A stretch of DNA of 64,000 nucleotides from Octopus vulgaris (taxonomy: Eukaryota). Numbering within the stretch: the first letter of the stretch is position 1; each line of letters starts with the position of its first letter. This document shows positions 52,700-64,000 of the stretch, piece by piece. The translations under genes were made by a program, and so were the position numbers. The stretch is taken from assembly GCA_951406725.2 (NCBI GenBank), contig OX597822.1, positions 69,874,001 to 69,938,000 on the forward strand, read 5' to 3'. The notes under the pieces were generated by a model. The model was given only the letters and a program-made list of their open reading frames with translations, did not search any database and was not told the origin of the DNA.

Positions 52700-53095
52700 A
52701 GAGATCTGTTTGTAGATCTTCCCATTCAAGGTCAGTAGCTAAAAAGCCGCTCTATCAGGCAGCTTTTAAGCTAATATTGCTTTACAGTACCACACCCCTT
52801 TTCATGGAGGTTCAAAATATCTAATGGTGTGAGCATGAGACCAAAGAAGAGATTTATAGACACATTCCACCCATCTCTACTATTGTTGCTCAGCCTAATG
52901 AAGGTTTTGCCGGCCACTCTGTGCTACACTCCAAGCTATATCAAATGTTGCATCTAGAGACTGCCACATGCAAACAGAGGACAAAACCTACTTGACTATA
53001 TTGGTGATATTGCCAGAGACACATCTACCAAAGATAATAATAGACGACAAAGACTCCTGGTGTGATGAAATGCATCGTATGGAAGTCACCTGAAG
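52700..53095 (+). mobile_element. Decayed LINE (RTE-like) 3' fragment
   Basis: Relic HETKEEIYRHIPPISTIVAQ...FAGH resembles the RTE ORF C-terminus. Confidence 0.45.
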
Positions 53096-54079
53096 TGAAC
53101 ATACTCCTAAAGTTTATCAAGCCTACAGACTTAGTCCATATCATTCATACATTTTCTGCATGAAAATGTGATATTATCAGCACCACTAGTCATCAAACCA
53201 TTGTAGATTCATTTATTTTCAATTCTTACTTGTTTCACAGGAAAAAAATCAAAGATGTTTGGTAAGTGAGGAGCAGAAAGTATCACAGGTTATATACCCC
53301 TAGCTAATGTAATGTATCTTCTCTTTCAAGTAATTATATAACACTACCAAACTACAAAATCTGTACTGGAGAGTTCCAGCCACATTTTATCTTCTCTGCA
53401 GCTGCTAATCATGTACCAATACTAAACACTGAGAAGAAGCTGAACTCTAACCTATTCCATGCTAACCATGCCACAGCACAAATCATTGTGACTTCACATC
53501 ATTATCATCAGCCACTTGCCCTAGGGGTCAGTTTGCCAAAACTCATCACTTCCCTTTATGTGGTGCTTCATGAAAACTATCAACACCATAATACTCACAT
53601 GTTAAAAGAGAGAACTTCATTAATTGCTAAATCAGTCTTACAAAATACAAGCAGAGTTAGGCGTTAAGTACCTCCGCAAAGAACAACACTCAATACAATA
53701 GGATACAAAACAAATCACAAATCAGAAATGATTCTTCAGGCTCATAATAATCAAACTTATTTCTTTTTATGAATATACACAAACAGGCTGCAATGTGTTC
53801 ATGTCTTGCAGTAACAGATCTCAGAAAATTTAAGGCAGCGAGCTGGCAGAAACGTTAGCACTCTGGGCAAAATGCTTAGTGATATTTCGTTTGCTGTTAT
53901 GTACTGAGTTCAAAATCTGCCTGGGTCAACTTATCCTTTCAGGGTCGATAAATTAAGTACCAGTTACGCAGTGGGTCAATGTAATTGACTTAATCCCTTT
54001 GTCTGTCCTTGTTTGTCCCCTCAATGTTTAACTCCTTGTGGGCAATAAAGAAATAAGAAAATAGAAGGATCTAACTTAC

Positions 54080-54220
54080 CTGAATACTAGCATCTTCAAA
54101 ATAAAGACCCCAGTTAGTCAGTTGTTGCATTGCATCTTCATTAGATTTGATAGCGTCAACAAACCGGTTCAAAGTTAGCTGTCTCTGCATTGGTGTCACT
54201 CGTGTGTGAGCTGCAATGTC
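54080..54220 (-). CDS. PIWIL2: piwi exon (L2)
   Basis: DIAAHTRVTPMQRQLTLNRFVDAIKSNEDAMQQLTNWGLYFEDASIQ; AAG| acceptor, CAG|GTAAGT. Confidence 0.94.
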
Positions 54221-56091
54221 CTTTAAACAAAGAAGTCTCGATTTAGATCAACAGTAGATATACAGCATCAGGATAGAAATATCATTTCAGTTTCTTTAAA
54301 ACAAAAGTGTTTTCCTTTTTCCTCTTTTCATATTGACATTTCTTAATGCATAAGATGCTCTCAGCAACTGCAGCTATTTCATCATCATTATTTAACATCC
54401 ATTTTCTATGCTGGTATGGACTGCATGGTTTGACAGGAGCTGGAATGGCTAGGAACCATAACAAGTTCCGTCTGTTATGTCAGAGTTCTATGACTGAATG
54501 TCCTCTCTAATGCCAACCACTCTATGAATGAACTGCAAAAGTGAGGTCAACTAAAGAAAACATGGAGGGGGCAGGTAGAAGAGGAGACTGGGAGGGTTGG
54601 CTTGAGGAGGGAGGATGCCCAAAACCAGGCGAGGTGTGAGAGAGCAAGGTAGATCTGGTCACCCCTGTTAACGGGGGCAAACCCAGATTTAAAATATTGG
54701 ACGTCGATCGATCGATCATGTACTGGGCGCTTTTTACATGTAATCAGCACCAGTGCTTTTTGCATGGCATCAGCAACTAAATGGGAACAGCATGTTCCAT
54801 ATTTTGGTAACAGTTTTGAACTCTACCTATCTTATCACAGAAACCTTTTAACCCTTTCGTTACCATATTTATTTTGAGATGCCCTGTATTTCTTTCAATT
54901 AATTTTAAATATAACAAATAATTTAGTAAAATAACTTAGTTATCATTAAGCTGGTGTTAGGAACATAAATTGTGACTAAGGTTTGGTGTAAGATTTTAAT
55001 TGAAAACTTATGAAAACAAGACATTTATACTACAGAGCTAGAGGTGGTTTCTGCCAGGTTGGCATCAAAAGGGTTAAAGTTGTAATGTTTTGGGTAGTTC
55101 CATGTACTATAACTAAAATCATATATCAGCCTCCACATTCTAAATTGCCAACAGAACCTCAAGTGGTTACAGAACTGATCTTCGTCATTTAACATCGGTT
55201 TTCCATGCTGGCATGCGTTGGACAGTTTGACTGAGGCCTGGCAAGCCAGAAGGCTGCACCAGGCTCCAGTCTGATCTGGCAAAGTTTCTATAGTTGGATG
55301 CCCTTCGTAATGCCCACCACTCCGAGAGTGAGGTGGATGCTTTTATGTGCCACCAAGGGCCAGTCAGGTGGTTCTGGCAACGACCACGCTCAAATGTTTC
55401 TCACATGCCACCGGCACGGGAGCTAATCCGTGGCCCTGGCAACGATCACACTCGGATGTGCTTTTAACGTTCCACTGTCATGAATGGCAATCAGGTGGTA
55501 CTGTCAATGGCCTTGTCAGTGATTTTGACTTAGATTTCACTTGCCTCAATAGATCTTCACAAGCAAAGTTTATTGTCCAATGAATGAGGGGTACTCATAA
55601 GTGGGCTAGTTACACTCCACGCTCAGATGTGCTTTTAACATTCCACTGGCACAAGTGCCACTCAAGCAGTATTGTCATCAGCCAACCCAGAAATTGTGTT
55701 ATAGAAGATGAATTTTGAATAGATTTATGGAAGAATTTATTTGTTAGTCAGATAAATGAAACTATAAACAACAATGAAAGGAAATATATACAAAACTGTA
55801 TCAGCTAGAATAAGAATATTGTTATCAAAATATTCAAAATTAAATGATACAGTAGCTTTGAGAATCAAGTTACTCAACATCTATCTAAATGATCACTCAA
55901 GTGTTTAAACCTATCTATTACTTCCTAAGTTTATTCAATCGGTGACAGGACAGCATTTCTGGTGATGGTGCCATTATAAAGTGTACTGAATGTACTTGAA
56001 TGTAAAATGATGATAAATTATAGTTTTATAGTTTTCATAGTTACTGCAAAAATTGTCATAATTCATCCAATGTTTTATTGAGAAGTTAGAG

Positions 56092-56504
56092 CAGTGGTTT
56101 TCAACCAGGTTCCATATGGCCCTTGGGGTTCATATAAGATTTTATTGTTAACATTTATGAGCAATAAATTACTTTTACCCACTCCTACAATATACAAAAT
56201 ACTAATAATATTCATTTATAAAAATGCAGCAGATATTTGTTGAGATTGCCCATTATTATTTACTTGTTTCAGTCATTGGATTGTGGCCATACTGGAGCAC
56301 CACCTTCAAGGATCTAGTTGAACAAAACTCTAGTACTCATTTTTTGTAAGTCTGGTACTTATTTTATCGCTCTCTGTTGTCGGATTGCTATGTTACAGGG
56401 ATGTTACAGAATTGTTTTATATACATCAAATGGCTATGGAGGTCCAGTGGAGTAAAAGAGGAATCAAAGGGATCAATAGGAGAAAAAATGATTGAGAATC
56501 ACTG
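56092..56504. mobile_element. hAT-type MITE
   Basis: CAGTGGTTTTCAA...TTGAGAATCACTG; 8-bp flanks agttagag/agttggat (6/8). Confidence 0.65.
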
Positions 56505-57203
56505 AGTTGGATGCCATGTATATGTAGCAAGGACAGAAGCAGAAAATAAAAGGTTTACAAATGTTCTGTGACAAGAGGATCAAAAGCTTGGGATATTCTG
56601 TATTGCAAAAACACGTGTGTTGTGCAAATCAGGATATTATTGCATACAGCGGCGAACTGGCAGAAACGTTAGCACACTTGGCTAAATGCCTAGCGGTATT
56701 TCATCTGCCATTACGTTTGAGTTCAAATTCTGCCGATGTCGACTTTGCCTTTCATCCTTTCGGGATTGATAAATTAAATAACAGTTACGCACTGAGGTCG
56801 CTGTAATTGACTTAATCCCTTTGTCTGTCCTTGTTTGTACCTCTATGTTTAGCTCCTTGTGGGCAATAAAGAAATAAGGATATTACTGAGTAGTGTAAAA
56901 GGAGTGATTGAAAAATGAAGTGCAACCTTCAAATGACAATGTAAAAAAAATACTAAAACATGTTTGGAACTGTCTTGCATGCATCATCATCATGCTGAAA
57001 TTATCAACATAGAGTAAGTTATTGAAGAAATGTAATTTTCTTCAATATACAACCATATACTATTTCTAATAACATATTGAACTATGTACATATTTCTAGT
57101 GAAATTTTTGATAATCAAAATATCAGATTTCAATTATCATTTTTCATGTAAATTGCATATCTGAATAAATTGACTTTTTTTTTAAAACCAACATTTAACT
57201 TAC

Positions 57204-57302
57204 TTTCATGACCCTGAAGTCAGACCGCATGTCATCAGTTAAACCTGTCATATAACAGAACTCTGGGATAAGACAGATTAATTCACTCTTTACAGGACTA
57301 TC
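57204..57302 (-). CDS. PIWIL2: piwi exon (end of PAZ)
   Basis: DSPVKSELICLIPEFCYMTGLTDDMRSDFRVMK; LIPExCxxTGLTDxMRxDFxxMK PIWI motif. Confidence 0.96.
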
Positions 57303-58284
57303 CTGGAAAAAAATAAGAGAAATATTCCATGAATAAAATGCAATAAAATATTATAATTTAAAACTGAAGTAACATCTGTTGTGTAGTTATTCAGATTATG
57401 AACATTACTAGTGATTTTAGCACAAAGTTTCAATAAGTCCAATGTTCTTGATTTGCTCCACATGAACCTGGAAGAAGCAGATATTGGTTGGTACTCTTTT
57501 ACTTGTTTCAGTCATTTGACTGTAGCCATGCTGGAGCACCACATTTAGTCGAGCAACTTGACCTCAAGACTTATCCTTTTTAAGCCTAGTACTTATTCTA
57601 TGGGTCTCTTTTGCTGAACCACTAAGTTACGGGGACGTAAACATACCAGCATCGGTTGTTAAGTGATGTTGGTGGGAAACAAACACTCACACACAAATAT
57701 CTATACGACAGGCTTCTTTCAGTTTCCTTCTACCAAATTCACCCACAAGGCTTTGGTTGATCAGAGGCTATAGTTAAAAAAAAAAAACTTGCCCAAGGTG
57801 CCACGCACTGGGACTGAACTATTATTTACTTGCTTCAGTCATTGGATTGTGGCCATGTTGGAGCACCACTTTCAAGGATCTAGTTGAACAAAACTCTAGT
57901 ACTTATTTTTGTAAGTCTGGCACTTATTTTATCACTTTCTTTTGTCGGATTGCTATGTTACAGGAATGTAAACAAAACAATACTGTCAAGTAGTGGGAAG
58001 GGATAAACACACACATGCATGTATATAAGCACGTAAAAAGCACCATTCGAACATGGCCAATGCCAGTGCCACTTTGACTAGCTTCTGTCCTGGTGGCACA
58101 TAAAAAGCACCCACTACACTCTCGGAGTGGTTGGTGTTCTTATAAGTCAGAACAAACTCCTGTGTTTTTCTAAGCAATTTTCAAAATATCTACCCCTGGA
58201 TCCACACTGATACCTATTTCCCTCAACAACAGCAGTTATTTCAATGAAAGCCTGCTTAAAGGATGTCTGAAGAGTAACACTTAC

Positions 58285-58366
58285 CCCATGTTGTAAAGCT
58301 TTTCTCTTTGGTTTATGTATGAGAAGTGGCTGGTTTGTGTCACTAATTTCTCGGTTGTACTGCTTT
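58285..58366 (-). CDS. PIWIL2: piwi exon (PAZ)
   Basis: (R)KQYNREISDTNQPLLIHKPKRKALQHG; phase 2 to 0. Confidence 0.94.
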
Positions 58367-58626
58367 CTGAAAATTTACAATAATTGTAGTCTGGTAAGTG
58401 GATGTGTCACAAATACAGGTATACCCAAAACATAATTAATATACTGTAAGATTAAGATGGGGACTGGCACAATCATTACCGTGACAGGTAAATCAATGAC
58501 AGCACATTTTAAAAAATTTGTCATTTATTCTATTGGTCTCTTTTTGTCAAACCACAAATTATGGGGAGATAAAAACCAATATTGGTTGTCAGCAGTGGTG
58601 GGGGCAAACATACACACAAACACATA

Positions 58627-59776
58627 TTGAATCGACCCATAAATAATGCAGTTTTTTTTAATACCTTTATTTTTCAAAAAGATAAACAAAGTTCTTTTTT
58701 AATCTAAAATATATTCTCCATTATTTTCTACAATGCTCTTCCATCTATCTGGTAGACTTGCAAGGCCCCTCTTCCAAAATTCGCTTGTCCATAATGAAAA
58801 ATAATCCTCCAGTCCAAATGATTTTGAAAACAACAGAATAAATGATAATCGGATGGGGCAGTGTCCAGCGAATATGGTCGGTGGGTGGGGCATTGTTTCC
58901 CATTCACTGTATGTGGCCGAGCATAATCCTGATGGAAAAACACCTTTCGTCTTGAAACCAAAGATGGTCATTTTCCTTCTAGTACTGACTTGCAGTAGAT
59001 TTTTGTTATCGTTTGGTTTGAGTTTAAAAGTTCAAAGTGGACTAAACCTTTCATATCCTACCATACAGATAACACCTACGTAGGTGAAGACCTTCTTTAG
59101 CCTAGAGTACCTGTGTTTCTCCTTTGCCTACCCAGTCTTCAGCGCTTGACATTTTAATAGAGAACGCATTTCTTGTCACCAGTTATTATTCGAGACACAA
59201 CAACAAAGAAGAGCATGCACACATTAACTCTCTGCATGCAATTAGACTAAGAAAGTTAATGAGGAACCCACTGACCCAATTTGCTGATTTTTCCGATGAC
59301 ACACAGGTGTCAATGAATGGTTGAATGACCAAATCCAAGCTTCTCTGCTTGTTCCTCAGCCGTTACAATGGGATTTTGTTTCATGAGGCTGTGCAGGACA
59401 TCCTTGTCGAGCTCTACAGATATTCCAGGATGAAGCTCGTCTTCCGGCTCAGAATTTCCAGATCCACCATTGACACTGGCTTACGCTTACTGTCCGATCC
59501 CCATATACTGCATTAATATACCTCACACTCTCCATTGCCTTGTTGCCTTTATTGAACTCATAATGCAAAATATGCCCCTCTGTCACTTCCATTAAAGCTT
59601 TGAAAAAATAACTGTTAAAATCAAACTGCACTCTTCAAAACTTGCATTAAGAATAAGTGCCAAGGTAAAATTACAACCGGCTTTTAAAGCAATTTGATGC
59701 AGGTTGTTTATCCTGTCCCTCTTCGACTTTTGGTTCATGCAATTGAAAAAACTGCATTATTTATGGGATGATCTAA
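58627..59776 (-). mobile_element. mariner transposon relic
   Basis: ~30-bp TIRs (cccataaataatgcagtttttt) flanked by TA; relics HILHYEFNKGNKA...INAVYG, KLGQWVPH, HQDYARPH, PYSLDTAPSDYHLF. Confidence 0.92.
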
Positions 59777-60435
59777 TATATATATATATATACTTGTATA
59801 ATATGTGGATATCAACGCAAGCTAATCTAATAGACCACATTGTGATCTAATACAGAGTCCCATGGCGTTAGGAAGGGCATCCAGCTGTAGAAACAGCCAG
59901 ATCAGATTGGAGCCTGGTGCAGCCATCTGGTTCGCCAGTCCCCAGTCAAATCGTCCAACCCATGCTAGCATGGAAAGCGAATGTTAAACGATGATGATGA
60001 TGATGCAGGTGTAATCCCGGAGATCCAATCAATGAGATTATTTTATGAGGAGTACATAATCCATAAATAGTTAGGAAATGAATGTATTTATTTAACCAAT
60101 TGTCATCCAAAGAATTAAAACTGTTTTGCACACTTAATCATGTAATAACAATTTCAGTGTATAATAAATTATGTTTACATGTCTGCACTGATATGCATAC
60201 AACACATTATAGAGTACAATCATGTACTGGTGTTACCAAGATGTTCTGGTAACCTAGCTCTCTTTATCTGCATTGATTTGTGAGCAATATTAGTGCAGGC
60301 ATGTAACCACAATTTATTATATACTAAAATTATTACCATGAAAAAGGTTGGGAAACAGCCATATTGAAACATATGTTGGTAATATGGTGATACAAATGAT
60401 TTAAATAACATCTTGTGCATTTGTCTCTGTTTTCC

Positions 60436-60487
<52 letters not shown>

Positions 60488-61161
60488 ATATATACACAAA
60501 CACACAATATATATGATGGGCTTCTTTCAGTTTCCATCTACCAAATATACTCAGGAGGCTTTGGTCAGCCTGGAGCTATAGTAAAAAGACACTTGCCAAA
60601 GGTACTACCCATGCAGTGGGACTGACCCCAGAACCATGTGGTTAGGAAGCAAACGTTTTATAGTACAACTTCTATCAATGTCCCTTAAAATGATACACAG
60701 TTATAATATTCTAATCCTTTCTTCAATTTTGCCTCCATCAATCTCTTTATTCAACCAAAAACTTCACCATTATCCTCAAATGATAATCTAGTAATTTTAC
60801 CATGTTTAACAATCCTAACACCCAAATGTTACACATTTCAAGGGGAAAATATGCTGCTTTATATACTGATATGTTCGTTTTACAAACACACATCTAGCAT
60901 TCACATTGTCACACATACAGAGCTGGTTACATCTCTATCTAGCAAACATAGGTACGCAAATGTTGGTAGACCATATTGAACTTAACAACAAAAAAAAAAA
61001 AAACCCAACTGTGCAAGGATTCCAAGTGCACCCATGAAAACTTAACAATGGCAGACTGAACAGATTGGAGAGAATGGGTCACGGTGAACCATAAAATAAG
61101 TATGACCAGATGATGATAACATCTCTATCAACAGAGAAGAAAAAAGACGTTCAGTAATTAC

Positions 61162-61353
61162 CTGTAATACTCTATAAAAGAAATGCTTTCTTTTGAACCT
61201 GAAGAAACGAATTTGTTGTTTGGACTCATATCCCATGCAATATCATCAACTCTATATGTCTTGTTGTTATAGCGGGTAAGCACCACTGACCCAACTATTG
61301 TTCGCATGGCATTGTCTCTGAAACGAGCAGCATCTTGTCGCACCAAAGAAACC
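61162..61353 (-). CDS. PIWIL2: piwi exon (PAZ)
   Basis: ...IVGSVVLTRYNNKTYRVDDIAWDMSPNNKF...ISFIEYY; phase 2 to 2. Confidence 0.97.
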
Positions 61354-62845
61354 CTAGAACAAAAGAAAAAGAAATCGAACATTTATGTAGACTAATACAC
61401 AATTCTTTTATTCAGAAGAGTTAAAAAACATGAATTCAGTCAAATTCTCTCAGCCAACCGAACACCTGACAATGATCACCACTTTAGTATTCTAGAGAGA
61501 GAGAGAGAGAGAGAGAGATAGATAGTAGATAGATAGATGATTGATAGACAGATAGATGAGGTAGAGGGGTGGGGTCTTTTCAATTTGGAATGTTTTTTAC
61601 TATTGTATAGCTAAGGACATGAGATATGAGTTCAAGGATGGTGAATATAATGAAAACAGGATGGAGTGCAGTCGTCACTAAAATGATAGTATTCAGTATG
61701 CTGGTAACAGCAATTTCTGTCAAAGAGACATGGCTTAAAATTGTACATCATCTCCATCTTTTCCTCACATATCCACTCTTTCTCACTCTTATTATTACTC
61801 CCACTACCACCATCAACACTACTTTTCCCACCATCATCAACTTTCCCTAAATTTCTTTTTTCTCTCTCTCTGTCTTCACCACTGCCCTCACTATCTCTAT
61901 GCCTACTATTACTCTCACCCCATCATGAGGAATAGGAGTGTCATTGAATAGTGAGAGAGGAGATTCTAATTGTGACACACTGACACACAGAAATTAGTTT
62001 TCGCATTTATTATACACACACAAACTTATGTAACAGACACACTAACAGGGTAAATTAAACTATTTCTCCATTGGCTGAAAAAAATTAGCAGTTTTAATCG
62101 ATTTTTGAACATTAGTACTATTACAGGAACACAAAACAACCAAAGCCAACATTGATAATTATATATAATGACAATGTTGACTTTCTGTCTCTACACTGAA
62201 GATTTCTCAATCTGCTTTCTTTATTATAAAACTGTCTATTAATCAGTCAATCAAATCAATACTTGCCCAATGTTGAAGAAAAAGATTTCTTCTAGTTCTC
62301 AATAGCTTTCAGTTTAGGAGTTTCCAATCTCCAATTTTTGTCAAAGCTATCAAATTTATCTACATCTTGTTCATTGGTGTCCCGTTTCACTTATGGTCTC
62401 TCAGAGTCCCAGTTTGTCAGATTTCTCATTCATTTGCTGCACTCATCTTCTGGGTGTGTACAGCCCAATTCCATTTCAACAATTTTATAAATTTCTCATT
62501 CTATATACACTACTAAACATGCTATATGCACTTCTGAATCTATATACACTCCTCAAACAATATAATGAACTACTAACCCACACTTCCTTTCACACTCAAC
62601 TGAATCCATTTCAGTGGGCTGTATTCAGCTACATGAACAGACTACCAGCAAAACTAATCAAATCACACCAAATCATATTTTTACCATGGGTCCTTTCATT
62701 TTCTCACTGCAAGTCTATTAAATATATTTATGTATTCATAATGATAAACTTATTTCAACTAAGAAAATTAGTTTTAGTATAACGAATGTCTACTTTCCAG
62801 TATTTTTATCATGGACATAGAACATACAAGACAATAAGGACTTAC

Positions 62846-62959
62846 AATACATCAAGAACTGTCTCTTTGCGGAGCACTTTATGAGAAGCATCTGCCATTA
62901 ACAGGAGACCACCTTCGTGTTCTTTGATCGCAGTAATATAACCAGGCCAAATTTCTAAT
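62846..62959 (-). CDS. PIWIL2: piwi exon (L1 linker); upstream exons lie beyond the window
   Basis: [37 protein letters not shown]; phase 2 to 2. Confidence 0.96.
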
Positions 62960-63145
62960 CTGAACAAAGAAATAAAACATCAATTTTAGTATTTATGCAA
63001 TTAAGATTAATTCAGAGAATAACAATGATACGTCTTTGCTTACAGATAAAATAGAGCATTTACACAGAAGTACATGTGACCCTGATTCAGTTTGTCCCAA
63101 TCTCATCATTTAACATCCATCTTCCATGCTGGCAATGATAAGCTA

Positions 63146-64000
63146 CAAGAGCACTTAGAGAGTGCAAAACTTCCGCCAAGGCAACACCAACGTTCTCTCA
63201 ACAATTAGCCAGAGAGGATTTTTAAAATGGGAATATCTGAAATAAACTCAATTGTTCTCTCAAACGAGAATACTAAAAATGAACCAGGCCACTCTCAAAA
63301 ATTAAGTAAAAAAAAAAAAAAAACGAAAAGTAATCCAGAATCCTTGTCCAGTACTAGATCGATCCCAATGGTAGTCATGGAATATAAAGGTGGTTGAAAA
63401 AGTTTAATAACATTAATATATAGTTTATCCTTATCTAAAGCAAGCCAAAGTTAACAAATTCACCATTCAAATTAGTTACAGCCTAAAGAGAGATAACTGA
63501 GAAAGACTTGAAAGTTAACATAAGATCATAATCATCTAAAGCACTGCTTCCCAAACTATCTGATGTGGCATTCTGGCAGTTTTTATTTTTCCAATGTGCC
63601 AGGGACCAGTAATATATCGTAGTAACATTAATTTATACTGAAAACAATGTATATAATGAATATTATAAAAGTTGACAAATTTTTTTATCTTATATTAATT
63701 TGGTAAACAAATAATACAATATTACATAAGCATTTTGTTTCTTTTCTGGAACCTCGCTGCGTACCGGCAGCTGATGGCTCGTAGACCGGCCCACATCCGT
63801 GGATCACCACTTTGAATAGCACTGATGTAAAGTAAATGTAACAAATAATCCAGAATCCTTGTACAGTACCGGATCAATCCCCAAATCTAATCAGTTCGTG
63901 CCAGTCACAAGGTTAAACATCCCTGAAAGTTTCATCCAAATCCATCCAGCAGCTCTTGAGATATCTTGTCCATGGAGAAACAAACACAACTGAAAACAAT
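63146..64000 (+). mobile_element. Helentron/HINE-like non-autonomous element, interrupted, running off the window
   Basis: Start acaagagcacttagagagtgcaaaacttccgccaagg; repeated aatccagaatccttgt(c/a)cagtac; end ...gagatatcttgtcc...aaacaaacac...aaaacaat. Confidence 0.5.
63542..63824. mobile_element. hAT-type MITE nested in the previous element
   Basis: CACTGCTTCCCAAA...TTTGAATAGCACTG; 8-bp flanks atctaaag/atgtaaag (7/8). Confidence 0.65.

Overview
AT-rich, intron-rich animal genomic DNA. The SINE families and long (TA/TG)n tracts suggest an octopus or other coleoid cephalopod (inference, no database check). Two convergent protein-coding genes can be spliced by hand with canonical GT-AG sites and consistent phases. 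(1) A complete 6-exon FUT10/FUT11-family (GT10) fucosyltransferase on + (4043-24979, about 464 aa). (2) The last 13 coding exons (about 619 aa: PAZ, MID, PIWI) of a PIWI-clade Argonaute most like PIWIL2/Ago3 on - (62959 down to 36190), with an intact D-E-D-H slicer tetrad; its 5' part lies beyond the window. The rest is introns, UTR or intergenic sequence filled with TE relics: a decayed Tc1 (DD34E), a mariner, non-autonomous Helitrons, a solo LTR, piggyBac- and hAT-type MITEs, LINE fragments and at least four SINE families. The most unusual signal is a roughly 250-bp non-coding element present as three units in two TSD-flanked insertions (23919-24169 and 30826-31218). It joins a tRNA-derived Pol III head to a minimal hammerhead-ribozyme motif and integrates with Penelope-style inverted 5' segments. 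All coordinates were counted by hand. Exon boundaries are phase-checked; repeat boundaries are approximate.
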